From the sequence record OP172789: 64,000 bases of DNA. One strand, 5' to 3'. The stretch is from Escherichia phage ECO71P1. The translations under genes and the position numbers were made by a program. Shown one piece after another: positions 26,361 to 35,527 of this stretch (within the stretch, counting starts at the first letter, position 1; every line of letters begins with the position of its first letter). Below the pieces are notes generated by a model. That model was not told the origin of the DNA. It saw only the letters and a list, made by a program, of their open reading frames with translations, and searched no databases.

Positions 26361-27221
26361 ATGTCTAAGAAAGAAACTACCGAAGTTGCAGTGAAAAACA
26401 CCCAGATGTCCGCTATGGCTGATTTTGTCGATATGACCGATTTTGGCGCTGGTTTTGAAGGTGCCGATGCCGACGCTTATGCCATTCCTTTTATCGTCGT
26501 ACTGCAAAAGATGTCTCCGATGGTCGACGAAGATGATCCAAAACACGTTCCTGGCGCAAAAGCTGGCATGTTGTACAACACCGTTACTGGTGAGTTGTAT
26601 GACGGCAAGAAAGGCGTGCAGATCATCCCTTGCGCATTCAAACGCACCTTCATCCTTTGGGGCGGTCGCGAGTCCGACGATAAAGGCTTTAAAGGTGAAT
26701 TCACCAAAGAGCACGTTGATGCAGAAGTCGCGGCAGGCCGCGCTGTTGAAATCAACGGTAAGGTATTCGTGCCAGACGAAAACGGCAAAGTGCACGAGAA
26801 GAAATCACCTTACTACGCAGATACACGTAACCACTTTGTGATCCTGTTAAACGAAGAGACTGGTGAATTTGGTAGCGCAATGCTGTCTCTGACTTCTTCC
26901 ATGATCAAGCCGTCTCGCATGCTGATGACCGCTCTGCAGCAGAAGAAAGTTCAGACTCCGCAGGGCCTGAAAACTCCGCCGACCTTCATGAACATCGTTC
27001 GCATGGGTACTGCGTCTCAGTCCAAAGATGGCAACACCTGGTCAGTTCTGAAGTTTGAGCTGGAAGGTCTGGTGCAGGATAAAGGTCTGTATGAAGTCGC
27101 CAAAGCATTCCACAACGACGTAGTTGGCGGCAACGTTAACATCGACCGCAGCAAGCAGGAAGAAGCAAGCGGTGCCGCTGGTCCTGTCAATGAAACTCCG
27201 ACCGACGCAGAAGAGTTTTAA
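26361..27221 (+). CDS. candidate single-stranded DNA-binding/annealing protein (acidic C-terminal tail ending in Phe)
   Basis: C-terminus ...ETPTDAEEF resembles acidic F-terminated tails of SSBs (T7 gp2.5, bacterial SSB); location in replication block; inference. Confidence 0.4.
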   Translation: MSKKETTEVAVKNTQMSAMADFVDMTDFGAGFEGADADAYAIPFIVVLQKMSPMVDEDDPKHVPGAKAGMLYNTVTGELYDGKKGVQIIPCAFKRTFILWGGRESDDKGFKGEFTKEHVDAEVAAGRAVEINGKVFVPDENGKVHEKKSPYYADTRNHFVILLNEETGEFGSAMLSLTSSMIKPSRMLMTALQQKKVQTPQGLKTPPTFMNIVRMGTASQSKDGNTWSVLKFELEGLVQDKGLYEVAKAFHNDVVGGNVNIDRSKQEEASGAAGPVNETPTDAEEF

Positions 27222-27238
27222 TCGACAATCAAATCAAC

Positions 27239-27268
27239 AAGGCTGCCGATTGGCGGCCTTTTATTTAT
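27239..27268 (+). terminator. rho-independent terminator (AAGGCTGCC ... GGCGGCCTT plus T-rich tract)
   Basis: Hairpin followed by TTTATTTAT. Confidence 0.5.
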
Positions 27269-27278
27269 CTGGTGCATC

Positions 27279-27797
27279 ATGATAGAAAGAATTGTACCGT
27301 TACTGAAGATTCTTGCCCTTGTTGGCGCGTTCGCCGCTGGGTCATACGTTGAAGACCTTAAGCAAACCAACGCATCACTGGCCAAGGATAATCAATATCT
27401 TACATCGCTTAATGAGCGTAAGGACAAGATAAATGTACTCGAAGAGCAAATTGCATCTTTACAGGTTGAATCGGCATCGGCATATGAGAAGGGTCGCCAG
27501 GAAGCGCAACTGGTTGCTGATGACACTATTGCTCGTTACAAGTCTGGGAATATCAAGCTGCGCGAGCAACTCAGCTGCTCCCGTGAATTACTCAGGAGTG
27601 TGCCCGACTCTGCGACCACTGGACGCCTCTCTATCCCAGAAGGAAACTGTGGACTATCAGAAGAGGATGTCAGATTTCTTGTTCAGTTCGCCGCAGAAAC
27701 AAACCGATTAAAAGAGAAGGTTAATAGCTTGATTGATACTTATAATCAGGCTAAAATTAAAATCGACCAATTCAACGCATCAAAGGAAAATAAATGA
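27279..27797 (+). CDS. i-spanin (Rz-like): N-terminal TM helix plus coiled-coil periplasmic domain
   Basis: TM segment IVPLLKILALVGAFAAGSYV, coiled-coil remainder, embedded out-of-frame lipoprotein ORF. Confidence 0.65.
   Translation: MIERIVPLLKILALVGAFAAGSYVEDLKQTNASLAKDNQYLTSLNERKDKINVLEEQIASLQVESASAYEKGRQEAQLVADDTIARYKSGNIKLREQLSCSRELLRSVPDSATTGRLSIPEGNCGLSEEDVRFLVQFAAETNRLKEKVNSLIDTYNQAKIKIDQFNASKENK
27484..27711 (+). CDS. o-spanin (Rz1-like) lipoprotein embedded in the +1 frame of the i-spanin gene
   Basis: MRRVARKRNWLLMTLLLVTSLGISSC: basic n-region, hydrophobic core, lipobox-like ISSC; short mature peptide; entirely within 27279-27797. Confidence 0.6.
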   Translation: MRRVARKRNWLLMTLLLVTSLGISSCASNSAAPVNYSGVCPTLRPLDASLSQKETVDYQKRMSDFLFSSPQKQTD

Positions 27798-28387
27798 ACC
27801 AGATTTATGCAAACATTCGCCAGTGGGCTTCTGACCGTAACATCATCAAAGGTTGCGACCTTAAGGACCAATACCCGAAGCTTATTAGCGAGTTTGGGGA
27901 GTTGACCGACCACGTGGATCAACTCCATGACCTTGTGTTCTTTGACCCTGAAATCGGATATACAGAGCAGGCCATCTGTGATTTACAAGCCGCAATCAAG
28001 GACGACATCGGCGATTGCCTTGTTGTGTTAACTATCCTTGCCGCGCAAAATGGTGCAAAAATCGAAGACATCAACGGCGGCGGTTGCGCCGACAAAGGTG
28101 CCCACCCTCACTCGTTTATCCTTCGCTTGGCAAAGACTCTCGGACGGCTTGGTGATGCCATTGCTAAAAATCAGAGTATGGATATTGATGTCACCATCAT
28201 GGCCGCAGTCGATTACCTTTCCGGCGTAGCACATGATTATGGACTTCGACTGTCTGATTGCGCTCAGGCCGCCTATGAAGACATCAAGGACCGTAAAGGC
28301 GTGATGTACAACGGAACGTTCATCAAATCGACTGATCAGGCTTACGCCTATGCGCTGGAACAAGTGATGAATAAGGAGTTTGAGTGA
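27794..28387 (+). CDS. MazG-like nucleoside triphosphate pyrophosphohydrolase
   Basis: LISEFGELTDHV (E-x-x-E-x-GEL-type motif) and downstream acidic DDIGD; ATGA overlap with spanin gene. Confidence 0.65.
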   Translation: MNQIYANIRQWASDRNIIKGCDLKDQYPKLISEFGELTDHVDQLHDLVFFDPEIGYTEQAICDLQAAIKDDIGDCLVVLTILAAQNGAKIEDINGGGCADKGAHPHSFILRLAKTLGRLGDAIAKNQSMDIDVTIMAAVDYLSGVAHDYGLRLSDCAQAAYEDIKDRKGVMYNGTFIKSTDQAYAYALEQVMNKEFE

Positions 28388-29361
28388 TGGCAGGAGAAAT
28401 CAAAGCACTAAAACCGATGAAAGGTTGCCAGCGTAAACAAATCATTGAGCGCGGCGAAGACGTGCCGCTGCCTTGCGGGTTGTCATTCAAGGTCGATGGC
28501 ATACGCGCGATGGCGTATGACAACTTGCCAATGGGTACGTCCGGCATGGCGTTGCGAAACGTTCAGATTAAAAAAGAGTTCCTCTTTTTGGGTGAATTGA
28601 TTCACGGCCTTGATGGAGAGCTTATTGACGGCAATCCGAATGATAAGAACGTCATGCAGCAAGCCTATACCGCATGCATGAATACCGATGCTATAACAAA
28701 CTTCACATGGTGGGTGTTTGATGACTTTAGCGACCCTGATTTGCCTTTCTCGGCACGTTATGAGCAATACAATCGACGCGTTGCTGAGGTCAATCAATAC
28801 CTCATTGACCATGGCCGACGTCCATTCCTTCGCGCTCTCGAATATCGCAACATCGAAAATATGGAACAGTACGCGGCAATGCAAATCGAAGCAGACCAGC
28901 TTGGCTATGAAGGCTTGTATGGCAAGTCTTGGACGGGCAAATACAAGCATGGCCGCGCGACGCCAAAGTCACGTGATGTGTGGAAGGACAAGCCGTGGAC
29001 CGATGAAGAAGGACTGATCATAGACTTCGTTGAGATGATGGAGAACAACAACGAAGCGTTCATTGATGAGTTGGGTCGCACTAAGCGTTCAAAAGAGGCT
29101 GAAGGCTTAGTCGCAAAAGGATACCTTGGCTCATTCGTAGTTGTCAATCCAAAGTATGTGGATGAGAAAGGTGAAATGATTCCTTTCCGCGTCTCCGCTG
29201 GTTCAATGCCTATGGCAGAGAGAAAAATGCTTTGGGAGAATCGCGAGAATTATCGCAACAAATATCTGACATATAAATTCTTTAACTTTGGCATCGTTGA
29301 CGTGCCGCGCTCTGCCTTGTATAAGTGCTTCCGTGATATTACCGATATGGAGTATTTTTAA
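28384..29361 (+). CDS. ATP-dependent DNA ligase
   Basis: Adenylation motif I KVDGIR; 325 aa. Confidence 0.75.
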   Translation: MMAGEIKALKPMKGCQRKQIIERGEDVPLPCGLSFKVDGIRAMAYDNLPMGTSGMALRNVQIKKEFLFLGELIHGLDGELIDGNPNDKNVMQQAYTACMNTDAITNFTWWVFDDFSDPDLPFSARYEQYNRRVAEVNQYLIDHGRRPFLRALEYRNIENMEQYAAMQIEADQLGYEGLYGKSWTGKYKHGRATPKSRDVWKDKPWTDEEGLIIDFVEMMENNNEAFIDELGRTKRSKEAEGLVAKGYLGSFVVVNPKYVDEKGEMIPFRVSAGSMPMAERKMLWENRENYRNKYLTYKFFNFGIVDVPRSALYKCFRDITDMEYF

Positions 29362-29433
29362 CACACTGGATAAATAATTGGTGCGTATAATCTATCGCGC
29401 CGTTTTCTAGAATTTAATATACAGTGTATACAT

Positions 29434-29464
29434 AAAGCCGGAAATTTCCGGCTTTTCTTTTATT
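29434..29464 (+). terminator. rho-independent terminator (perfect palindrome AGCCGGAAATTTCCGGCT plus T-tract)
   Basis: Read directly. Confidence 0.7.
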
Positions 29465-29477
29465 TACTTTCGGCGTA

Positions 29478-29505
29478 TTTACTTTCAAAACCTTGAGCCT
29501 ATACT
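29478..29505 (+). promoter_or_regulatory. sigma70-like promoter (-35 TTTACT, 16 bp, -10 TATACT)
   Basis: Read directly. Confidence 0.5.
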
Positions 29506-29536
29506 ATTAATATTCATAATCAAAAGGTGAATTATA

Positions 29537-30079
29537 ATGAAAGCGAACAAATTAAAGATTGTTTTGATCATCATCATGGCTATGCTGACAGTTATATTCT
29601 TCACCAAGACTGCATCGGCTGAAAATATGTTTGCGCCGCCGAATGGAAGTGCAAAAGTTTTGACAAGATATTTCAACAATGGGCAATCCTTTGAGTTCTG
29701 CTGGAGCAAATACGACGTAATAAAAGAAAGATTTGACAAAGAAAAGATGTGCGTAATGAATGATCGCGGTCGACAAGTCGTGTCGTTTGTGTTCGGAATG
29801 TCAATGGCAAAAGTTGATGCCCCTGAAATCGTTGTCAGGTATAATACATTGGACAGCGGCCTTGTCGACAAGACATACCCTGTTGCAGTAGACAGCAGGA
29901 CAGGCGGCGCACTAATACTCACTCCAGAAGATAAATCAGATGTCGTTAACATGCTCATCAACAGCAAAGACGTAATCGTGTTTTATCACATTGAAGGCGT
30001 ATCAGACTACCAAATGGCCTACTATCCACTGCCCTTGAGAGATGCTTCAGGTAATGTTAAGACACAGGAAGTGCGTTGA
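29537..30079 (+). CDS. hypothetical exported protein (signal peptide, ASA-E cleavage-like site)
   Basis: MKANKLKIVLIIIMAMLTVIFFTKTASAEN N-terminus. Confidence 0.5.
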   Translation: MKANKLKIVLIIIMAMLTVIFFTKTASAENMFAPPNGSAKVLTRYFNNGQSFEFCWSKYDVIKERFDKEKMCVMNDRGRQVVSFVFGMSMAKVDAPEIVVRYNTLDSGLVDKTYPVAVDSRTGGALILTPEDKSDVVNMLINSKDVIVFYHIEGVSDYQMAYYPLPLRDASGNVKTQEVR

Positions 30080-30306
30080 CATGGGTGGTAGTTATGCAGA
30101 AAGATTTGGAAGAAAACAAAAGGCTGAAAAAGGCTTTGACGTCTCAAATCTTATCCCTGTTGGTAAAGCTTATTGGGGAGTCAATTAGCAGCAAGGTGGC
30201 ACGGGCCGCGATTGTAGGCGTGATTGGCATGGCGGGGTATTACTTCGACTTGCCAGACATTGATACAAGTTCCGCTCCGCCCGTCCAAGTTGAAGCCGTA
30301 AAATAA
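30076..30306 (+). CDS. small membrane protein (one TM helix); holin candidate not established
   Basis: AAIVGVIGMAGYYF hydrophobic segment; ATGA overlap with preceding gene. Confidence 0.4.
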   Translation: MTWVVVMQKDLEENKRLKKALTSQILSLLVKLIGESISSKVARAAIVGVIGMAGYYFDLPDIDTSSAPPVQVEAVK

Positions 30307-30331
30307 ACAAAGGCCCATATGGGCCTTTTTC
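30307..30331. terminator. bidirectional terminator between convergent blocks (AAAGGCCCATATGGGCCTTTTT)
   Basis: Perfect palindrome flanked by A- and T-tracts at the strand switch. Confidence 0.7.
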
Positions 30332-30976
30332 TTACATAACTGCTAATGCATCCTTGTAACGCTTTCTTCGCAACTCACCGTGGTTTGCTGCGTTCGGCGC
30401 GGCCCCGTTAATCCGCTTAACGGTTGAATCAAAATTACCTGCGTCAGCAAGAGGAATACATCCGCTATTCTTGAAGAACCATGCCGCGCTGTCTGCAATA
30501 TATTTTGGTTCAGTCAGAATATCAGGGTTGTTCAATGCGTCATAGCCTGATTGGCGTGTATATTCCGCATAGTTTGCCTTGCCAGTCAGCTGAATGGCAC
30601 CACGGCCACGGTACTTCCAACCGTCGCCAGATGCTACCGAACCGTTGCCCATGCGGTTTGCATATGTATTATTGGCGATTTCCATAGGTTTACGTGCAAT
30701 CGACAGGGCCAATGAGTTCGGGGCGCTTCCAGAACGACCGTTGACGCTGTAACGACTAGGCCATGTATTGGCAAGACCTTGAGCAGAGTAGTTGAGATTT
30801 TCCACAAATGTTTTCAAGCTGCCTGTCTCCACTCCTACGTTTGCAAGGAATGCCGCGATGGCATTCTTGCTTTTGATTCCGTAGTGCTCACACGCCTGCT
30901 TGAAAGGGTCCACCCATTTCTCTGCGACATCCATGCTGCATCCGGTCCCTTTAGATATTACGTTTGCGTTAATCAT
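30332..30976 (-). CDS. endolysin, glycoside hydrolase family 19 (chitinase-like lysozyme)
   Basis: AAFLANVGVETGSL and YRGRGAIQLTGKANY motifs typical of GH19. Confidence 0.8.
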   Translation of the reverse strand: MINANVISKGTGCSMDVAEKWVDPFKQACEHYGIKSKNAIAAFLANVGVETGSLKTFVENLNYSAQGLANTWPSRYSVNGRSGSAPNSLALSIARKPMEIANNTYANRMGNGSVASGDGWKYRGRGAIQLTGKANYAEYTRQSGYDALNNPDILTEPKYIADSAAWFFKNSGCIPLADAGNFDSTVKRINGAAPNAANHGELRRKRYKDALAVM

Positions 30977-30984
30977 AAATCACC

Positions 30985-32772
30985 TTATGCGCTTCTGTAC
31001 CAGCCATTCAAAACAACGTATCGCGGCAAAGTCGCAACAGCCGTTGGCACCGACTGCCCTGCGTTGCCAGTGTTACCGACCACATCGTGAGTGTGAGCGG
31101 GAAGGGTATAACTGTGGCTGTGATTGCCAGCGTAATTTATATTCAACCCATGGGTGTGTGATCCAGAAGATTGAATATTATGTACGTGATTGCCATTAGT
31201 TGAAGTGTTGTATTTGTAGTTATCCCAGTCGCCGCCTTTGCGACTTCCGAAGTTGTTGTGTGTCCCATCATAAACGCCGTACCGCGCATCACTAATATTG
31301 GATTCACCCCAGCTGCTGTCATGGTGGTGGTTGCCTGCCGTGCTCATTCCGTGCACGTGAGCGCCGTTTTGGCTGGTATCGCCTGTGTGGTTGTGGTTGC
31401 CTGCGTCTCCAGTGGTATTGGACCATGGACCGCTTTGTCGCGTGGTAATGTTCACGCTGTGATTGTGGAGAGGAAGCATAGCGGCGGTAAGAGTAACAGA
31501 GTCCGCGCCACCAGTGGCAAGACCGTTTCGTGCCGTGCCGGACGTGCGAATAACCATGTTATCAGGCAGCCGTGTCCAAACCTGACCGTAAGCACCCAGC
31601 TTGGTATTTGGGTTGGTCCCGTTTGTCAAGAATCGAGTCTCACCTACTTCGAATACATCACCCATAGTGATCAACTTCGCAGCCAAAGCATCGAGTTGGC
31701 GCTTTGTAACAAAATGTTGCGGCTCAGTAGCGTCAACGCCGATTTGCGCCGCGCCAAACGCCTGAAGGAGACGCCAAACAGTGCCGTCATAAATGATGGT
31801 GAATGGCAACAAGCCTACGATAGCGCCAGCTGGTAACTCGCCGCCGTCGAATCCAAGAACGGCAACTTTGTTTACACCAATGGTCACGGTGACAGGTCCG
31901 GTAGTAGTCAAGTCATTGACGATTGTCAAACGACTACCCGCAGAAGGTGGCCATGAATACCCTGCTGGAACGGTAAGGATTATATCTTGCGCTCCTTTAC
32001 CAGATGCAAGGTTTGGAGTTCCGATTTGCACGTCTTGAACAGTGGCATTTTGAATCCAAGCACTCCAAGCACCAGAAGTGTAAGAGCGAGTAAACAAATA
32101 GCCATTCATTGATGTATATTGCTGCAGCGCAAACGTTTGTGCATCGACCTGCCAAGCGCAAACCTGAAGGCGACCTGCAACCTTCGTCGCGCCAACCGCA
32201 TTCGGGATGTTAGAACACAGAGCGGCGACGGCATCGGACTGGATGACGATAGTTGTGGAAGTCGTAATATTATCGAAGTCCACAAAGCTTGAAATCAATC
32301 CGCGAACGAAGTACGGGTTTTGCGCATCGCCGCCAGCAGGCATTGGAATGTATTTTCGCGCTTCGCTGGGCAGTGTTAATTCCTGCCAAGATTCCGTTTC
32401 TCCGTTGGCTGGCACGGCACTTGTGTTGCCGTCGACCACGCTTTGAAAAATGCGCCACTCAGGCGCTGAAGGCGTTCCAGAGTTGCTGACAACAATGGCG
32501 TTTTTCGGGTATCCATCCGGCTTCAAGTCAGAAGAGAAATATTGTTGAGCGCCATGATCTTGAATAAACATAAGGTTGTCTGTAATCAAATTCAGCAACC
32601 AGTTCATTGATTCGCGCTCAACAGCTTTCGCGGCGACGTTTCCGGCCTCCAGAGCAAGCGCATAGTCAGGAGTGTAGCCGCGCTGGAAGTTCACATAACC
32701 GCTTGGGCTTGCATCCGGCACCACGGATACATCACCGCTTTGCGCGAAAGGTCTGTTAATAAGTGTTGGCAT
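30985..32772 (-). CDS. tail fibre protein with C-terminal His-x-His repeat (putative metal-binding) tip
   Basis: Eight HxH motifs (LHNHS, NHNHT, AHVHG, NHHHD, NHVHN, SHTHG, NHSHS, AHTHD) in the last ~150 aa; position downstream of baseplate genes. Confidence 0.75.
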   Translation of the reverse strand: MPTLINRPFAQSGDVSVVPDASPSGYVNFQRGYTPDYALALEAGNVAAKAVERESMNWLLNLITDNLMFIQDHGAQQYFSSDLKPDGYPKNAIVVSNSGTPSAPEWRIFQSVVDGNTSAVPANGETESWQELTLPSEARKYIPMPAGGDAQNPYFVRGLISSFVDFDNITTSTTIVIQSDAVAALCSNIPNAVGATKVAGRLQVCAWQVDAQTFALQQYTSMNGYLFTRSYTSGAWSAWIQNATVQDVQIGTPNLASGKGAQDIILTVPAGYSWPPSAGSRLTIVNDLTTTGPVTVTIGVNKVAVLGFDGGELPAGAIVGLLPFTIIYDGTVWRLLQAFGAAQIGVDATEPQHFVTKRQLDALAAKLITMGDVFEVGETRFLTNGTNPNTKLGAYGQVWTRLPDNMVIRTSGTARNGLATGGADSVTLTAAMLPLHNHSVNITTRQSGPWSNTTGDAGNHNHTGDTSQNGAHVHGMSTAGNHHHDSSWGESNISDARYGVYDGTHNNFGSRKGGDWDNYKYNTSTNGNHVHNIQSSGSHTHGLNINYAGNHSHSYTLPAHTHDVVGNTGNAGQSVPTAVATLPRYVVLNGWYRSA

Positions 32773-32782
32773 TGCCGTTCCT

Positions 32783-35521
32783 CTACACGATGTATTTAAT
32801 TTTTGATAAAAGGGTTGATGCCCAATCACCAGTTAAGTCAGTTATATTCATGCTTGAAACATAACCACCAGCAGCACTTCTTGGAAAGTTTACTGTCGCT
32901 ACAACATCCCCATTCGAAGCTATCAATTGAACTCCAGTAGCCAGTGACCCTGGGTTTTTGATGTATATAGAAGTTGCAGTTTTCTTTGCAAAATCTTCGC
33001 TTGTTGAAATAGCAAGCGCATTCATCGTATCACCAGACACAAGCATCAAGCTTAAAATGTCAAGTTCAAGAGTTGTGCCAACTTCGGTCGGCAAGTCTTT
33101 CCCTGATATCAAGCCAATACTGATTCCACCTGTCGACCCGTCCCAAGTCGCTCCTTCAACAATCTCAGCGGCAAGGTCAATTTCGATACGCTGCAAATCG
33201 CCTACGCCTATGTTGTAGAATTTAGGAATATAGCCGCCCATCCCATCCGGTACAGTCACAAAAAGTTTTTGACCGTTAACCGTGTTGTTTTTGACTATTG
33301 CGATAAACGACAAAGGGCCAGTCAGGGTGCCAGTGTATTTAGTGGCCAGTACGGCGCGTGCATAACCGGATGCTGGCACAGTCCCTATTGTAGCGGAAAG
33401 CTTGAATGATGGGAACTGGTTGGGAACACCGCTGATTGGCGTTGCCGTTACCGTGTTAGCTCCGTCCTTGACGATATTGCCAAAAGATGTGCCGTCATTG
33501 GGCTGTGTGTATCGCCAGTAGTTTGTGATTGCGGCACGTGGGATTTCACGACCAAAGTCATCTCTTGATGCTTTTGAGATTGAATAATCGTTGACAAGTG
33601 CGCCGTCGATGACTTGGTTTACACCTTTCAAAGATTCAAGCTGTCTTATGACACCGTTAAAGTTGTTCAACGGCCACTCGTTAATGCCGCCAACTCTGAT
33701 TATCCCGTCAGTGTTAATCCATGCAACACCTTCCGTTTCAAATCCGATTCTGGTGTCTGTGATGTCGCTTACTGTCAAGTCAATATCTGAAAGGTCTGCT
33801 TCTTCCTGGTAAAGTTGCCAACGTATCCCAGCGTTTGCTGGCAAGAATCCTTCACTCCTGTCGCCAACTAGCGTCTTAAAGTTATCAGACAAGTTGTTGG
33901 CAAAATAAGGCCCGATGACATATTCCATGTAATAGGCAGCGGTCGGCGGCGGCGGTACTCCGTCCAATCGGCTAACGTTCCATGAGCGTCTGATGCCGTC
34001 TGTTTCTGCGATCAGAGTGGCGTTGCCTGGGTACGGATAGCCGCCGATTGAACCAGAGTACGCAAGCGATGAGCCAGGCTGCATGAATGACTCGCCTACC
34101 ACGCCATCTCTTGTTGTCAACGGCCCGTTCGCGCAAGAGATGTTGTTGAGCGTTCCTGCCGTAACAGACAAGATTGCCGTTCCATCTGCAGGAGGATTTT
34201 GAGTCCCATAGAAATAAGGCTCAGGCCCATTAGGATTCTGAACAGGGTCGCAAACGCAAATGGAGTATCCAAAAAGAAGTGCATCAGACCCTTCAGGCAA
34301 TTCGCGAGTCTGGGTTGATCCAGCGGCAGTTGCTTTCAACTCAATTGAAAAGCTTGTTTTCACCCCAGCTGTCGCGTTTGCAGTTTGCTCTACAATCCAG
34401 ATTCTGTACCAATCGCCGCCGATGGCCTTGATGCCACCACGGCTTGATTCCCTTCTCACACCGTCGAACTTTCCTGTGATGAAATAACTCAAAGAAGGGT
34501 CAAGGTTGAATTGACCAGTAACTGGGTCGAAAAGCTTGCCATTACTCGATGCATCACTGTTCTCTGTTACGGAAACAGAAGCCACGTTTTCAGAAAGCAC
34601 TTTTATGTAGAAGCTATAGCAAACGTTGACACCAGCCTGAGAAGGAAGCGCAATAGATTGGGCGCTTGGATTATTGGCCAAAGAATACACAGGCTCGCCG
34701 CTGGAAGCGGTCTTGATGACCCGTACTGCGTTGGCGAAATTCTCTATGGCCTCTCCTGGGTAATCACCGCACAGTTGGCCGTAATAGTCAGGGCCGCCAT
34801 ATTGTCGTGTATCACCGCCGACAATGCCAGCGTCGGAACCATTGCCCCATGAATACCAGTCTGGGTGTGCCATTCGCGAAACGGTCCCTGCCACCCCACT
34901 TATGGTAAGTCCTGCGTTGTTGCCGTGACTCAAAAGAACTTGTTTATAATCGTGCTGAATCTCAGTTGACCCCTGCCAGTCGTACAGAAGGAATGAACCG
35001 TTTGTTGATTCAGAAGAAGACACTGCGCCTTGAGTATTGTCTGTCACGTATGCGTAGCGCGATGAAGAGTAATCCCAATCTTCTCCACGGTTAAAAATCC
35101 ACTTAAGCATACGGTTGATGCTTTCTATGCGGCCATCGCTTGTGAGCGTCAAATAACGAAGCTTAAGAAGGATTCGCGCTTCTTCAATGTTTTTCACAAC
35201 CTTTCCGCCAGCACCAAAGAAGTTGCCGCCGATGTTGTCCGGCCCTTCGAAGTTGTCGCGTGTGGGTCCAAATGCCCAGTTGTGCTCATAGTTGCTTAAG
35301 TCAACAAAATCCCTTGGTATGCATAGGATGTCACACCAAATATAGATGCCCATTGCATCGCAAGTATCAATGTTGAATATGTTTTTGTACCAGTCAATCC
35401 AAAACTGATCTTGATATCGCTCATACCAGTCACTTTTCTTTTGAACCAAAGATGTGATGTTTGGCGCGTTGTTCTGCATCCACTTAAGGTTTTGCAACAG
35501 GTTTGTGTCAAACTTTTGCAT
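32783..35521 (-). CDS. large baseplate/tail fibre-associated structural protein (912 aa)
   Basis: Position between baseplate J-like gene and tail fibre; Gly/Ser/Thr-rich beta-type sequence. Confidence 0.55.
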   Translation of the reverse strand: MQKFDTNLLQNLKWMQNNAPNITSLVQKKSDWYERYQDQFWIDWYKNIFNIDTCDAMGIYIWCDILCIPRDFVDLSNYEHNWAFGPTRDNFEGPDNIGGNFFGAGGKVVKNIEEARILLKLRYLTLTSDGRIESINRMLKWIFNRGEDWDYSSSRYAYVTDNTQGAVSSSESTNGSFLLYDWQGSTEIQHDYKQVLLSHGNNAGLTISGVAGTVSRMAHPDWYSWGNGSDAGIVGGDTRQYGGPDYYGQLCGDYPGEAIENFANAVRVIKTASSGEPVYSLANNPSAQSIALPSQAGVNVCYSFYIKVLSENVASVSVTENSDASSNGKLFDPVTGQFNLDPSLSYFITGKFDGVRRESSRGGIKAIGGDWYRIWIVEQTANATAGVKTSFSIELKATAAGSTQTRELPEGSDALLFGYSICVCDPVQNPNGPEPYFYGTQNPPADGTAILSVTAGTLNNISCANGPLTTRDGVVGESFMQPGSSLAYSGSIGGYPYPGNATLIAETDGIRRSWNVSRLDGVPPPPTAAYYMEYVIGPYFANNLSDNFKTLVGDRSEGFLPANAGIRWQLYQEEADLSDIDLTVSDITDTRIGFETEGVAWINTDGIIRVGGINEWPLNNFNGVIRQLESLKGVNQVIDGALVNDYSISKASRDDFGREIPRAAITNYWRYTQPNDGTSFGNIVKDGANTVTATPISGVPNQFPSFKLSATIGTVPASGYARAVLATKYTGTLTGPLSFIAIVKNNTVNGQKLFVTVPDGMGGYIPKFYNIGVGDLQRIEIDLAAEIVEGATWDGSTGGISIGLISGKDLPTEVGTTLELDILSLMLVSGDTMNALAISTSEDFAKKTATSIYIKNPGSLATGVQLIASNGDVVATVNFPRSAAGGYVSSMNITDLTGDWASTLLSKIKYIV

Positions 35522-35527
35522 AGTTCC

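Noticed and set aside
26443-26841. Alternative-frame ORFs (132 aa plus-strand, 103 aa minus-strand) within the SSB-like gene
   Set aside because: They overlap a longer ORF with a strong RBS and a coherent C-terminal tail; no independent start signals
31258-32038. Plus-strand ORFs (192 and 81 aa) inside the tail fibre gene
   Set aside because: Antisense shadow ORFs within a long, coherent minus-strand structural gene
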